64,000 nucleotides of DNA from IMG/VR virus record IMGVR_UViG_3300025137_000016; one strand, given 5' to 3'. Source of the DNA: a virus. The position numbers and the translations under genes were made by a program. The notes under the pieces were generated by a model that was not told the origin of the DNA, did not search any database, and was given only the letters and a program-made list of their open reading frames with translations. Positions 28,552 through 39,160 of the stretch are shown here, piece by piece (positions within the stretch are counted from its first letter, which is position 1; each line of letters begins with the position of its first letter).

Positions 28552-29108
28552 ATGAGCCGAATATATTACTAAAGAAAATAGATGGAAAAAATTTATATAT
28601 TTTTGATGATATCTTTACTTTTGAACAACGAGAAAAGCTATATAGTTATTGCTTAAATCAAAAGTATTCTCTCTCTGGATCTGATGTCCAAAGACTAGAA
28701 ACTAAAGGCGATTACAACTTATATTGCAACCTTTCCCCAATAGACGTGGATAACATGGGGATTGAATGTATTAAAGCATACAGCCACGTCAAACACCACT
28801 TAGATAAATACACAATTACTCAATCAAGAATTAATTTGAGTACCATCCAGGATCGGAATCGTTTTCATTGCGATACTGGTGCCGAGCATAATATGACCAT
28901 GCTTTATTATCCCAATATGGAATGGGAAAAGTCTTGGGGTGGACAGACACTTTTTTCAAACCTAAATGGAGATGACCTAGAATGGGTCTCTCACTATATT
29001 CCTGGAAGGATAATATTATTCGATGGCACACTCCCCCACTCAATCAACCCCCCAACAATCCACAGCCCAACGCACAGATTTTCAATCGTCATTCAATATG
29101 GAAAATAA
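28548..29108 (+). CDS. Fe(II)/2OG oxygenase (prolyl-hydroxylase-like)
   Basis: FHCD, YYPN.EW..WGGQT, PGRIILFDG..PH and R.S motifs. Confidence 0.85.
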   Translation: MNEPNILLKKIDGKNLYIFDDIFTFEQREKLYSYCLNQKYSLSGSDVQRLETKGDYNLYCNLSPIDVDNMGIECIKAYSHVKHHLDKYTITQSRINLSTIQDRNRFHCDTGAEHNMTMLYYPNMEWEKSWGGQTLFSNLNGDDLEWVSHYIPGRIILFDGTLPHSINPPTIHSPTHRFSIVIQYGK

Positions 29109-29109
29109 A

Positions 29110-30915
29110 ATGGAAGATAAATTAACAGCAGAGATACATGGTATCACAATTGACTATACTAGAGATTCCCTATTAGATGTCGCAGGTAAAACAAGATTAA
29201 GAGAATCATATATGAAAGATGAGGAAACTTCCCCACAAGAGAGGTTTGCTTTCGTATCAAAAACATTTGGATCTAATCCTGAACATGCTCAAAGGTTATA
29301 TGATTATGCAAGTAAACATTGGCTATCCTATTCAACTCCTATCCTATCATTTGGTAGAAGTAAAAGAGGATTACCAATTAGTTGTTTCTTAAATTTTATT
29401 GAAGATAGTTCTGAGGGTTTAGTACAAAATTTATCTGAAACAAACTGGCTATCAATGTCAGGTGGTGGAGTTGGTATTGGTTTTGGTATTCGTAGTGCTG
29501 ATGATAAATCTACTGGTGTGATGCCACACTTAAAAATGTATGACGCATCTTCACTAGCATATCGTCAAGGCAGAACTAGACGTGGAAGCTATGCTGCATA
29601 TCTAGATATATCTCATCCTGACATTAAAGAATTTATTGATATGAGAAAGCCGACTGGTGATCCAAACATGAGAGCGATGAACATGCATCATGGTATTAAT
29701 ATCACTGACGACTTTATGCAGATTATTGAAAACAAAATGAAAGATGCAAACTGCGATGATAAGTGGGGTCTTAAAGATCCACACAATGGTAAAGTAAAAG
29801 AGTATGTATCCGCAACAGAATTATGGCAAACAATTTTAGAAACTCGTATGATGACAGGTGAGCCATATTTACACTTCATTGATACAAGCAATAAACACTT
29901 GCCAGACTTTCTAAAAGAAAAAGGGTTGAAAATTCATCAGAGTAATTTATGTTCGGAGATTATACTCCCAACTAATGAAGAGCGAACAGCTGTATGTTGT
30001 TTATCATCATTGAACTTAGAGTACTTTGACGAGTGGTCAAAAAATAAACAATTCCTAAAAGATACTGCAGAGATGCTTGATAATGTATTACAATATTTTA
30101 TTGATAATGCTAGAGATGAAATATCTCGTGCTAGATTTTCTGCTGAACGAGAAAGATCGATTGGGATCGGAGCTCTAGGATTCCATGCTTACTTACAGAA
30201 GAATGGTATTCCTTTCGAGTCTCCAGTAGCTGGTAATAGAAATGATAAAATATTTAAACACATTAGGAAAGGATTGGATAATGCCAATATTGAATTGGGC
30301 AAAGAACGAGGTGAAGCACCTGATGCTATGGGTACTGGCTTTCGTTTTAGTCATATGCTTGCCATTGCTCCTAATGCTTCTAGCTCTATTATTATGGGGA
30401 ATACTTCTCCTAGCATCGAGCCTTATCGAGCTAATGCATATCGTCAAGATACACTTAGTGGTTCCAGTCTTAATAAAAATAAACACCTTCAAAAACTTTT
30501 GGAAGAAAAATCAAAAGAATCTAAATTAGATTTAGATGTTGAATGGTCTAGCATCATAGCGAATGATGGATCAGTACAGCATTTAAAATATCTTTCTGAT
30601 ATGGAAAAGGATATATATAAAACAGGAATGGAAATTAACCAGCAATGGATTATTAATCATGCATCAGAAAGACAGAAGTATATTGACCAAGGACAATCGG
30701 TAAATGTATTCTTCAGACCTGATGTAGATATTAAGTATCTACATGCTGTACACTTCCTAGCATGGAAGACAGGACTAAAGACTTTATATTATTGTAGAAG
30801 TGAGAAGATTGGTAAAGCCGATAAAATTAGTAGAAAGATACAACGAGAAATTATGAAGGAAATAGATATCTCAGCCATTGCGGACGGAGATGTATGTTTA
30901 GCCTGTGAGGGATAA
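29110..30915 (+). CDS. nrdA: Class I ribonucleotide reductase large subunit
   Basis: PISCF, GGGVG, SNLCSEI, APNASSS, KTLYY and C-terminal CLAC. Confidence 0.95.
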   Translation: MEDKLTAEIHGITIDYTRDSLLDVAGKTRLRESYMKDEETSPQERFAFVSKTFGSNPEHAQRLYDYASKHWLSYSTPILSFGRSKRGLPISCFLNFIEDSSEGLVQNLSETNWLSMSGGGVGIGFGIRSADDKSTGVMPHLKMYDASSLAYRQGRTRRGSYAAYLDISHPDIKEFIDMRKPTGDPNMRAMNMHHGINITDDFMQIIENKMKDANCDDKWGLKDPHNGKVKEYVSATELWQTILETRMMTGEPYLHFIDTSNKHLPDFLKEKGLKIHQSNLCSEIILPTNEERTAVCCLSSLNLEYFDEWSKNKQFLKDTAEMLDNVLQYFIDNARDEISRARFSAERERSIGIGALGFHAYLQKNGIPFESPVAGNRNDKIFKHIRKGLDNANIELGKERGEAPDAMGTGFRFSHMLAIAPNASSSIIMGNTSPSIEPYRANAYRQDTLSGSSLNKNKHLQKLLEEKSKESKLDLDVEWSSIIANDGSVQHLKYLSDMEKDIYKTGMEINQQWIINHASERQKYIDQGQSVNVFFRPDVDIKYLHAVHFLAWKTGLKTLYYCRSEKIGKADKISRKIQREIMKEIDISAIADGDVCLACEG

Positions 30916-30917
30916 TA

Positions 30918-31859
30918 ATGATTACACTACCAGAACATTTAAGTTATAGTAGAGAAGAAGTAGCGAAACTCAGAACACAAAAGATATTTCGTTATGGTGA
31001 TGTTGCTAGACTCGATAAAGAACTAGACTTTCTTTGTACATTTAAAAATGATTTAATCAAAGATTTCTTAAAAGAATATAAAGATATCGAAGACTGTTTA
31101 CAAAAAGGAACTACTTCTGCAATGGGTGCAATATATGCCCAACTTAAAAAAAGTAAAGAGGGTATTCCTGACAAAGCATTAATGAATAAAGCAACTGCTC
31201 AAGGCAATCCTGATGTTGAATTTAACATAGGTGATGATTCTTTTTTAAAAGGTCAAACTGTAGATGGTAAATTAACTCATGATGCTTGGCGAGTATTAGT
31301 TATGAAATATCATAATCCTAATATAGTTGGTAGAGGTCAAGAGAAAGGTGTTCAAGAAAGAATGCTTAAACTAAGACAAGCACAAGATGGTTATAGAGCA
31401 TCAGCATTTCCTACTATGATGAAGATTGCTGATCATTATAAAGAACTGTGTCCTGTATTAGAATACAGTATTCTACCAGCTCAAAGTATTATTGAAAGAC
31501 ATATAGGAATAGAAAATAAAAAGGGAGAGAATATAAGAATACATATTCCTTTAATTATTCCTGAAGGAGATTTATATTTAGAAGCTACTGGCGAGGAAGT
31601 TGATTGGCAACATCCATGGGGATTTAATAATCAACATATGCATAGTGCTCATAATAATTCAAATGAACATAGACTAATAATGTTAATTGATTTAAAAAGA
31701 ACTTATGTTGGTATTCCACCAGCAACGCATTTTAAAGATATGAGCATGGATCAGATTGGTGATGTACACTTTAAATACGGAAGGGATAATGAAAGAAGCC
31801 AACCTCAAATATCTTCTTCATTGTCAAATAAATTTAGGAAACCAGAGGACTACCTATGA
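30918..31859 (+). CDS. Aspartyl/asparaginyl beta-hydroxylase-like (LpxO-like) oxygenase
   Basis: YSIL..I.RHIG, IRIHIPLIIP and HSAHN..RLIMLID. Confidence 0.75.
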   Translation: MITLPEHLSYSREEVAKLRTQKIFRYGDVARLDKELDFLCTFKNDLIKDFLKEYKDIEDCLQKGTTSAMGAIYAQLKKSKEGIPDKALMNKATAQGNPDVEFNIGDDSFLKGQTVDGKLTHDAWRVLVMKYHNPNIVGRGQEKGVQERMLKLRQAQDGYRASAFPTMMKIADHYKELCPVLEYSILPAQSIIERHIGIENKKGENIRIHIPLIIPEGDLYLEATGEEVDWQHPWGFNNQHMHSAHNNSNEHRLIMLIDLKRTYVGIPPATHFKDMSMDQIGDVHFKYGRDNERSQPQISSSLSNKFRKPEDYL

Positions 31860-31970
31860 AAAACAAAAAGATGAAATTAAAAGAGAAAGAAATAGAAGAG
31901 TGGAATAAAAAGGTAAAAGCTCTTGGAGAAAAGAATAGAACAAAATTAGTATCTGCTATGAGAGGAAAGA

Positions 31971-32204
31971 ATGCCAACTAAATTTAAAAAAGATGAAACA
32001 GTAGTTAAGAAGATTGGTGACCAAAAGATTAAAGCTAATAACAGATTTTATATAAAGAGTGTAAACTTAGATAATTTAATTAAGACACTTAATAACGAAA
32101 ACACCAAACCTAAGATAAAGCAAAAAATAAGAAATGAAATAACTCGTAGAGGAATTATTCTTAAACGCATAGGGATGGAAATAACAGAAGGAAAAACAGG
32201 ATGA
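31971..32204 (+). CDS. Small basic hypothetical protein
   Basis: SD GAGG; KPKIKQKIRNE..RRG. Confidence 0.6.
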   Translation: MPTKFKKDETVVKKIGDQKIKANNRFYIKSVNLDNLIKTLNNENTKPKIKQKIRNEITRRGIILKRIGMEITEGKTG

Positions 32205-32626
32205 ATTTTTTTAAGAAGTCCGCACTAGTTTTAGTAGCAGTACTTTCAATATCAGGTTGTGCTCAACTAAGTGCCTTTAAAAACTTTCTCCCATCAGGCT
32301 GGGATAGTAATGAAATGTTGTGGATTGCTGAGATGCAATATGACATTCGTAAAATACAATGTGAGGGTGGCTTTGAAAACCCACTCGTATATCCTAGTGT
32401 AGAGAAAGTCTGGAGAACGAAAGAGATTTTATGGTGGTATGCTCAAGCAAATAGACATGCAGATGTCGTTGAGTTAATACGACCATTTAGTGAGAGTATG
32501 GAAGGAATATATATGACTGCTAAGAAAGGCATCATAAGAGAACCATACTGTGTAAACAAAGTTATTATATTAACTGTACAAGTTGATGAGATAGCTGAAG
32601 CATTAGCATCAAGGAGAAAACGATGA
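32201..32626 (+). CDS. Lipoprotein
   Basis: Lipobox ISGC after a basic and hydrophobic signal. Confidence 0.7.
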   Translation: MNFFKKSALVLVAVLSISGCAQLSAFKNFLPSGWDSNEMLWIAEMQYDIRKIQCEGGFENPLVYPSVEKVWRTKEILWWYAQANRHADVVELIRPFSESMEGIYMTAKKGIIREPYCVNKVIILTVQVDEIAEALASRRKR

Positions 32627-32877
32627 AATTAACGATAATGGGTAAAAACAATTGTCCTTATTGCGACTTAGCAAAAAGGCATTTAGAAGATAAAGGTATT
32701 GCATTCGAGTATGTTAAGATCGATGAAGACATGGCAGCATACGAAACATTTAAGGAGCTCGGTGTTAAATCAGTTCCACAGATTTGTCAGAATGGTAAGA
32801 TAGTTATTAAAGGTGGTTGGGATGGATTAAAATCTACACCAATTAATGAATTACAACAAATGGTCGGAGGAGAATAA
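32623..32877 (+). CDS. nrdC: Glutaredoxin
   Basis: CPYC, SVPQI and GG motifs; between nrdA and nrdB. Confidence 0.9.
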   Translation: MKLTIMGKNNCPYCDLAKRHLEDKGIAFEYVKIDEDMAAYETFKELGVKSVPQICQNGKIVIKGGWDGLKSTPINELQQMVGGE

Positions 32878-32878
32878 T

Positions 32879-33103
32879 ATGGATGCATTTAAAGAAATTC
32901 GTAATGATGAATGGGCAAGTAAGAAAGTAGAACTCGCTGAGAAGTTTACCAAGCAATTAGAATCTGGTGAATTAAATGAGTGGGAATATAAAGATCTTAT
33001 GCAAGATCTAACTCGTACAGATGAAGTCATGGACAAAGCTAACGCAATGAAAATGAAAGCAGCAGTAGAAAAAGCTATTTCTGTGGCACTGAAATTTGTA
33101 TAA
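32879..33103 (+). CDS. Hypothetical protein
   Basis: SD GGAGG; helical. Confidence 0.6.
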   Translation: MDAFKEIRNDEWASKKVELAEKFTKQLESGELNEWEYKDLMQDLTRTDEVMDKANAMKMKAAVEKAISVALKFV

Positions 33104-33782
33104 GTTTACATTCAAAGATTCGACTGAAGAAGTATTTGACGCAGAGACTCGTAAAAAGATTCTTGATAAGATATACTTCCACGAAAAGTACTGGAAAGGC
33201 TTAGACAAATATTTTAAAAGTTCAATCTTTCTCCAGCCTGGCATGGAACATATGTATTTATTTGGCGATGGGTTATATGTCTTACAAGAATTAAATGAAG
33301 CTAATAAGATAGATGAAGAAGTGCAGGAAATATTGGATACTGAATTTTCAGAACTTATATATACTCCACTACTTAATACTATTAAAGAGATGTTCGGTCT
33401 CGGTATTAAAGAAGTATCTTATTGGGAAGGTCTACCATTGCCAGGATTTCATATCTACAGAGGTAATGAGATAGGACTAACCCCAAATAGACCATATCAT
33501 ACAGACGACAATTTAAGATTTTATAAACCTGAAACCAATAGAGATAAAATATTCTCTTTTGCTATACCAATCACCATGCCAGAATGTGGGGCATGTTTAG
33601 ATTGGTTGGGGGATTCTAGTGATTATTTTACAGCACCTTATGCACTTGGTAAGATGACCATATGGCATGGAATGGTTAAGCACCGAATAGGATCTAAGCC
33701 ACCAACTGAACAAGATAGAATTACTTTACAGGGACATGTATATGTCAATGAACATGATGGAATTTTAAAAGTTTATTTCTAG
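33096..33782 (+). CDS. Fe(II)/2OG oxygenase-like protein
   Basis: PGFHI, YHTD, KHRIG and DRITLQGH motifs. Confidence 0.7.
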   Translation: MYKFTFKDSTEEVFDAETRKKILDKIYFHEKYWKGLDKYFKSSIFLQPGMEHMYLFGDGLYVLQELNEANKIDEEVQEILDTEFSELIYTPLLNTIKEMFGLGIKEVSYWEGLPLPGFHIYRGNEIGLTPNRPYHTDDNLRFYKPETNRDKIFSFAIPITMPECGACLDWLGDSSDYFTAPYALGKMTIWHGMVKHRIGSKPPTEQDRITLQGHVYVNEHDGILKVYF

Positions 33783-33791
33783 GAGGAAAAC

Positions 33792-33914
33792 ATGGACTTA
33801 AATTTAGACGCACAACTTCTTAACGACATTAGTTGGGGAGATGGAATATCATACATTATACTCGGACTGGCAGTATATATTACTGTTAGAATTATTAACA
33901 AATACACTAGATAG
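33792..33914 (+). CDS. Small membrane protein (40 aa, not in track)
   Basis: SD AGGAGG; single TM helix. Confidence 0.55.
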   Translation: MDLNLDAQLLNDISWGDGISYIILGLAVYITVRIINKYTR

Positions 33915-33922
33915 GAAAATAG

Positions 33923-34921
33923 ATGGCTAAGAAGCAACTCAAACTCACTGACGAAAGAACATATTTTAAACCTTTTAATTATGCTTGGGCATATGATGCA
34001 TGGCTAAAGCATGAACAGAGTCATTGGCTTCACACTGAAGTACCAATGATTGAAGATGTTAAGGATTGGAAAACTAAGATTACTGCTGAGCAGAAATACT
34101 TTTTGACCAATATATTTAGATTCTTTACTCAGGGAGATATAGATGTTGCTGGTGGTTATGTAAATAACTACTTGCCATATTTTCCACAACCAGAAATAAG
34201 AATGATGCTAAGTGGGTTTGCAGCAAGAGAAGCATTACACATTGCTGCATACTCGCACTTAATTGAAACTCTGGGTATGCCAACTGATACATATCAGCAG
34301 TTTGCTGAGTATCAAGAAATGTCTGACAAGCATGAATACTTTATGAAGTTGTCAGAATCTAATGGCAACAAAGCATCTATCGCTATTAACATTGCAGCAT
34401 TCAGTGCATTTACTGAGGGCATGCAACTATTCTCATCTTTCATTATGCTCTTGAATTTTCCAAGACATGGTATGATGAAAGGGATGGGACAAATCGTGAC
34501 TTGGTCAATCGTCGATGAAACTCTACACGCAGAAAATATGATTAAGCTGTTTAGAACTTATGTTGAAGAGAACCCAAGCATATGGAACGACAAGACGAAA
34601 GGTGAAATCTATTCTGTCGCTACCAAAATGACTGAACTGGAAGATAAGTTTATTGATCTATCTTTTGCTATGGGCGAGATGCCTGACTTAACAGCAGAAG
34701 ATGTAAAACAATATATTAGATATATTTGTGATCGTAGATTAATAGAACTTGGATTAAAAGGAATCTGGAAAGTCAAGAAGAATCCTCTACCATGGGTTGA
34801 AGAAATGATAAATGCTCCGACACATGGAAACTTTTTTGAGAATAGAGTCACAGATTATGCCAAAGGTGCACTGGCTGGTGACTGGCAAGAAGTTTGGGGT
34901 GTGAGTGCACAAGCTAAATAA
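33923..34921 (+). CDS. nrdB: Class I ribonucleotide reductase small subunit
   Basis: FFTQGD, EALH..AY, EG..LFSSF, DETLH and NFFE motifs. Confidence 0.95.
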   Translation: MAKKQLKLTDERTYFKPFNYAWAYDAWLKHEQSHWLHTEVPMIEDVKDWKTKITAEQKYFLTNIFRFFTQGDIDVAGGYVNNYLPYFPQPEIRMMLSGFAAREALHIAAYSHLIETLGMPTDTYQQFAEYQEMSDKHEYFMKLSESNGNKASIAINIAAFSAFTEGMQLFSSFIMLLNFPRHGMMKGMGQIVTWSIVDETLHAENMIKLFRTYVEENPSIWNDKTKGEIYSVATKMTELEDKFIDLSFAMGEMPDLTAEDVKQYIRYICDRRLIELGLKGIWKVKKNPLPWVEEMINAPTHGNFFENRVTDYAKGALAGDWQEVWGVSAQAK

Positions 34922-34923
34922 TT

Positions 34924-35115
34924 ATGAAAACAAATATAAAAAAATATACATTTGAATGTCGTTCGTGTGAAGCAGAATACACAATATCATTCGAACCAAT
35001 TGATAATAACTTATATGGACAAGACATAACTTGTTGCCCATTCTGTGGTGATGATTGTGAACGACAAGATGATGATCTTGAAAAGGATGAAGATGACGAA
35101 GAAAATTTTAATTGA
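34924..35115 (+). CDS. Small zinc-ribbon protein
   Basis: CRSC..CPFCG and acidic tail; CTAAATA at 34914. Confidence 0.7.
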   Translation: MKTNIKKYTFECRSCEAEYTISFEPIDNNLYGQDITCCPFCGDDCERQDDDLEKDEDDEENFN

Positions 35116-35893
35116 TGTTGTAAGTCAAGCTCCAGGAGTAATGACTTCTGACAAGGCAGAACTATTTGAATCTATTAAAGACCTAGATCTAGACTTAGAG
35201 ATTTATGAGACAGTAAGAGAATTCGATTATGCCAAATATTTTCCTGCAAAACTTGCAAATGAAAATAGAGAGCGATTTCTAATCAATCATGAAAATGACT
35301 TTGTCATTCATCTACCTGAGAATGCTAAGATACAACGAGATTTTAAAGTAGTATGTGAAGCAGTACTTAATGAAGAAATAGATCTGGTACTTCAAGCTGG
35401 TAAAAGAGATTATTTTATCGACGATGAAGCCTTTGAAACCCAAGAACAATTTCTAAGAGCAGTACTAGAAGTATATTGTGCTGAGGGTAAGAATACAATG
35501 TTTAAACACCCTGTAGAATATATCCAAAATATAATGATGTGCTCAGCACCCTATGTTGCACAGTATGTACCTTATGCTAATGAAGCAGGTGTGTTTAATC
35601 CATTCGTTGGGTACTCTAGAAAGTTTGCTGAAAAGTATTCGTATGATGAAACTATCAGACCATCCGATATATTAAACAATCACAATGCCCTTATGTTGGC
35701 ACACTATGAAAAACTAAAGATCAAATATATTAGATCTAATGCTATATGGGAAGAACATATTAGTATGCAGAATCTAATAAACAGTGGTCAATGGGAACTT
35801 TATACTGACATATGGAAAGACCAAATGAAGAAAGCTATCCCCAAGTTTTCTAAAAATATCACTAGACGCAAGATAGAGTTTATCTCCAATTAA
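35093..35893 (+). CDS. Hypothetical protein
   Basis: Long ORF with no recognised motif. Confidence 0.6.
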   Translation: MTKKILIDVVSQAPGVMTSDKAELFESIKDLDLDLEIYETVREFDYAKYFPAKLANENRERFLINHENDFVIHLPENAKIQRDFKVVCEAVLNEEIDLVLQAGKRDYFIDDEAFETQEQFLRAVLEVYCAEGKNTMFKHPVEYIQNIMMCSAPYVAQYVPYANEAGVFNPFVGYSRKFAEKYSYDETIRPSDILNNHNALMLAHYEKLKIKYIRSNAIWEEHISMQNLINSGQWELYTDIWKDQMKKAIPKFSKNITRRKIEFISN

Positions 35894-35938
35894 CTCTTTT
35901 TCCTCATTTTTAAACTAGAAAAGACCTAAATATAATAC

Positions 35939-36358
35939 ATGACTTGGTTATTAGAAGACAACGTCTTCACTGATTATAAAGATTATTATGGTTTCATTTA
36001 TGAGATTACCTGTAAAGCTACAGGGAAATCTTACATTGGTCGAAAATATTTTACAAAAGCGAAAACACTGCAGCCATTGAAAGGCAGAGTCAATAAAAGA
36101 CGTAGCAGAGTTGAAAGTGATTGGCAAAATTATTGGGGATCGTCAGCAATCCTACACGAAGAGATTAACACGAAAGGCGAAAGTAGTTTCGAAAGAAAGA
36201 TACTTCACCTTTGCAAAACACGTGGCGAGGTAAATTACTGGGAAGTTAAAATAATGTTCGAGCGAGATGTGCTGAATGCAAAACTTCCTAATGGTGAATA
36301 CAAATATTACAACGAAAATATTATGATGAAATTTACAAGATCTAATATAGGAGGATAA
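35939..36358 (+). CDS. denA: GIY-YIG endonuclease II-like protein
   Basis: GFIY..YIGRK, ESDW..YWGSS and YYNENI; single domain. Confidence 0.75.
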   Translation: MTWLLEDNVFTDYKDYYGFIYEITCKATGKSYIGRKYFTKAKTLQPLKGRVNKRRSRVESDWQNYWGSSAILHEEINTKGESSFERKILHLCKTRGEVNYWEVKIMFERDVLNAKLPNGEYKYYNENIMMKFTRSNIGG

Positions 36359-36361
36359 TAT

Positions 36362-36508
36362 ATGTGGAATCTTACTGACATAAAAGAATGGATAATCGAT
36401 ACCAAAGACACAATTATGTGGAAGTGGTGGGAGTTATCTACAAAAAATAAAATAATAGCAGGTGGTCTTATAGCCATTGCTGTTTGGGTTATATTGCGTT
36501 GCATGTAA
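36362..36508 (+). CDS. Small membrane protein (48 aa, not in track)
   Basis: SD GGAGG; C-terminal TM helix. Confidence 0.55.
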   Translation: MWNLTDIKEWIIDTKDTIMWKWWELSTKNKIIAGGLIAIAVWVILRCM

Positions 36509-36513
36509 TCTAA

Positions 36514-36540
36514 TAGGGTGGGCACTTCGGTGCCCATCTA
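36514..36540 (+). promoter_or_regulatory. cUUCGg tetraloop hairpin
   Basis: GGGTGGGCAC-TTCG-GTGCCCATCT immediately before SD AAGGAGG. Confidence 0.75.
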
Positions 36541-36556
36541 ACGAAGGAGGACTATT

Positions 36557-37822
36557 ATGTTCATGAAAATATTAATGTTAGGGACAGCATTAACTATATC
36601 AGGCATTGCAGCATACTACTCAATTATTGGGTTGGCTACTATTTTTGCTGCAGCAATGATCCCAGTTATAGTAATGGGTTCTGCGATGGAAGTAGGAAAG
36701 CTGGTCACAGTCGTATATCTACATAGATATTGGACTCAAGCCCACCTCTTACTCAAATCATATTTACTGTTCGCAGTATTCTTTTTAATGTTTATAACAA
36801 GCATGGGTATCTTTGGTTTCTTATCAAAGGCACATATTGAACAAACTTCACTATCGGTGGAGCAGGTAGCACTTGCTGATTCTATTGATGACAAATTACT
36901 TCGCTCAGAAGTAAAGATTACCAGATGGGATAGTGAGATAGATAGGTTGCTTAAACCTAATAGTGAAAGAGTTGATGTTCAAATAGGTAATGAGCAAGAC
37001 ACTCTTAATAGTATTTACGATCGTATTACTTCTGAGAAGAAAGCTATTACTGAAAGAAAAAAAGATGCTAACACTGCATATAATTCCAAAGTAAAAACTA
37101 TTAATGATACAATCTCTGGCTGGGGAAGTCAACCAAAAAAAGATGAACAAATTAGTATTGCCAATGGCGAACTAAAAAAAGAAATCGCTACCCTAGATAA
37201 AGAGCTGGCAAGTATTGATAAGAAGTATGCTGCACAGATAGCAGACTTAGAAAAAGTCATTAAAAGTTATCGTGCTCAGTCAGAAACTAAAACTGATGAT
37301 ATTGATGGTAAAATTGCTACATTAGAAAATAATGTAGAAAAGGAACAACTCATTGTTGATAAACTAATAGAAGAAAAAATGGTTTATGAGAAAGAGTTTC
37401 GTAAACTCGAAGCTGAAGTTGGACCTGTAAAGTATATCGCTGAACTAGTATATGGTGAAGCTGATAAGAATGTTCTTGATGATGCTGTTAGATGGGTTAT
37501 CATTATTCTATGTATTGTATTTGACCCACTAGCTGTAGCTCTACTAATTGCCTGGAATGGTATGATAGAACCAAGAGCTGTAAAAAAAAAGTTAAAGCCG
37601 AGTGATGATGCCAAATACTATTGGCAAAAAATAACTCAAGAAGCTAAAGTAAAGACGCATGTTGATAAACTTCCAGAGAAAAGAGAAGATTTGCCAGGTC
37701 CTGCCATAAGTAAAGGCAAAGAAGTAGACCCTGACAATGAACCATATAATCCAGATGCCGACGAAATAAGATCCGACATTAAAGAATTAATTGCTAAGAA
37801 AGATAGCAAAAACCCTAAATAG
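36557..37822 (+). CDS. Multi-TM membrane protein with long coiled coil
   Basis: Three N-terminal TMs, GIFGFLSKAH, EVGPVKYIAE and a VFDPLAV TM. Confidence 0.7.
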   Translation: MFMKILMLGTALTISGIAAYYSIIGLATIFAAAMIPVIVMGSAMEVGKLVTVVYLHRYWTQAHLLLKSYLLFAVFFLMFITSMGIFGFLSKAHIEQTSLSVEQVALADSIDDKLLRSEVKITRWDSEIDRLLKPNSERVDVQIGNEQDTLNSIYDRITSEKKAITERKKDANTAYNSKVKTINDTISGWGSQPKKDEQISIANGELKKEIATLDKELASIDKKYAAQIADLEKVIKSYRAQSETKTDDIDGKIATLENNVEKEQLIVDKLIEEKMVYEKEFRKLEAEVGPVKYIAELVYGEADKNVLDDAVRWVIIILCIVFDPLAVALLIAWNGMIEPRAVKKKLKPSDDAKYYWQKITQEAKVKTHVDKLPEKREDLPGPAISKGKEVDPDNEPYNPDADEIRSDIKELIAKKDSKNPK

Positions 37823-37860
37823 TTATCTAAATTGAATTTTAATTTTAAATTGGATAAAAT

Positions 37861-38154
37861 ATGGGCAACAAGGATTTTGATCTCGACGGAGATGGCAGTG
37901 TTTCTAAAGAAGAAATTGAAGCTGTAAAACTACTTAAAGAATCTGAAGCAGCAGAAGAAAAAGCTGATACGCAAAAGAGTATGGCATGGATCGCTATGGC
38001 ATCCATGCTAATATTCACTGCATTTCTATTCCTCCCTTTTATGTCTAACGAACGAGTCTCCGCACTCGGAGATTTACTTGGTCTATTTTACATAGCTCAA
38101 GCAGGTGTCGTTGGAGCATACATGGGAATGGCTGCATACATGAGTAGAAAATAA
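37861..38154 (+). CDS. Two-TM protein with N-terminal EF-hand-like loop
   Basis: DLDGDGSVSKEE and two hydrophobic helices; CTAAATA at 37815. Confidence 0.65.
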   Translation: MGNKDFDLDGDGSVSKEEIEAVKLLKESEAAEEKADTQKSMAWIAMASMLIFTAFLFLPFMSNERVSALGDLLGLFYIAQAGVVGAYMGMAAYMSRK

Positions 38155-38168
38155 AGTAAAGGGAGATT

Positions 38169-38450
38169 ATGGAAGATGTTTTATTATTAGTAGGTGAACT
38201 TGGTTTACCAATTGCTGGTTGTATTTTTTTAGGTGGCTTTATATATGTCATTCTAAATTATATATTATCAGGTGTCACTGATCAAGTGAAGACTATGCAT
38301 GGAATTATTTCAATGCTGGACAATCGTATCAAAAATATGAACAACGATATGATTAAACTTGATATCCTAATATCACATTCACTAGATCTAAAACCAGATG
38401 AAGAGCGAATAGCAAGAGCTGATGGGAAGGAAGATGCAAGACGTGATTGA
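38169..38450 (+). CDS. Small TM plus coiled-coil protein (paralogue A)
   Basis: ELGLPI..FIY..NRIK.MNND. Confidence 0.65.
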   Translation: MEDVLLLVGELGLPIAGCIFLGGFIYVILNYILSGVTDQVKTMHGIISMLDNRIKNMNNDMIKLDILISHSLDLKPDEERIARADGKEDARRD

Positions 38451-38697
38451 GATTATTAATGAGTATGGCTTTCCAGTGGTAGCTGTAGTTGGTATGGGGT
38501 GGTTCATATACTTCATATATAATTACATCACTGAAAAGATAGCGACTAAGCTAGACCAAGCTAATGCAGTGTTGATAGCACTAATAGATAGAATTCGTAT
38601 GTTAGATAACGATATTATAAGATTGAAGTCTAAGATAAATACAGTAATAGAATTGAAGGAAAAACAGAAGGAACATCAAGATGAAAATACTAAATAA
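38434..38697 (+). CDS. Small TM plus coiled-coil protein (paralogue B)
   Basis: EYGFPV..FIY..DRIRMLDND. Confidence 0.65.
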   Translation: MQDVIEIINEYGFPVVAVVGMGWFIYFIYNYITEKIATKLDQANAVLIALIDRIRMLDNDIIRLKSKINTVIELKEKQKEHQDENTK

Positions 38698-39160
38698 TGG
38701 TATAAGAGCTCTAGTAGTCTTACTATTTTTAAGTCCAGCATATGCGGATAACCTTCATTTTGAATTTGGGAATCCTGCTTTCAGTGGCAATGGATATAGT
38801 TCTCACGTATTAAGTGTTGAGCAATTGCAATACTCTAGACAACAAGATGTAAAAGCAGACGAGAAAAGTGCTGCTGCTGCAGCAAAACGACTAGAAGAAA
38901 ATACTACAATTGCGAAGTTTATAAAAAATGTAGAATCTAGAATATATGCTAACTTGTCTAAACAACTAGTTGACAATATGTTTGGTACTGGATGTGATGC
39001 TGAAACTGTAAACTGCCCAACCAGTGGTACATCAACTGTTGAGGGTGCTACAATTTACTGGGTTAAAGATACGACCACTGAAATTATCACCCTTACCATT
39101 ACAGATGAAAATGGATCTGTCACAAGCATTAGTGTACCTATCGGCGATTTTCAGTTTTAA
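38681..39160 (+). CDS. csgF: Curli assembly protein CsgF-like
   Basis: Signal peptide then L.FEFGNPAFSG; directly upstream of csgG. Confidence 0.8.
   Translation: MKILNNGIRALVVLLFLSPAYADNLHFEFGNPAFSGNGYSSHVLSVEQLQYSRQQDVKADEKSAAAAAKRLEENTTIAKFIKNVESRIYANLSKQLVDNMFGTGCDAETVNCPTSGTSTVEGATIYWVKDTTTEIITLTITDENGSVTSISVPIGDFQF

Noticed and set aside
35939-36358. GIY-YIG homing endonuclease or intron
   Set aside because: It is a single short catalytic domain of endonuclease II type; nrdA, nrdB, thyX and the visible part of gp43 are uninterrupted.
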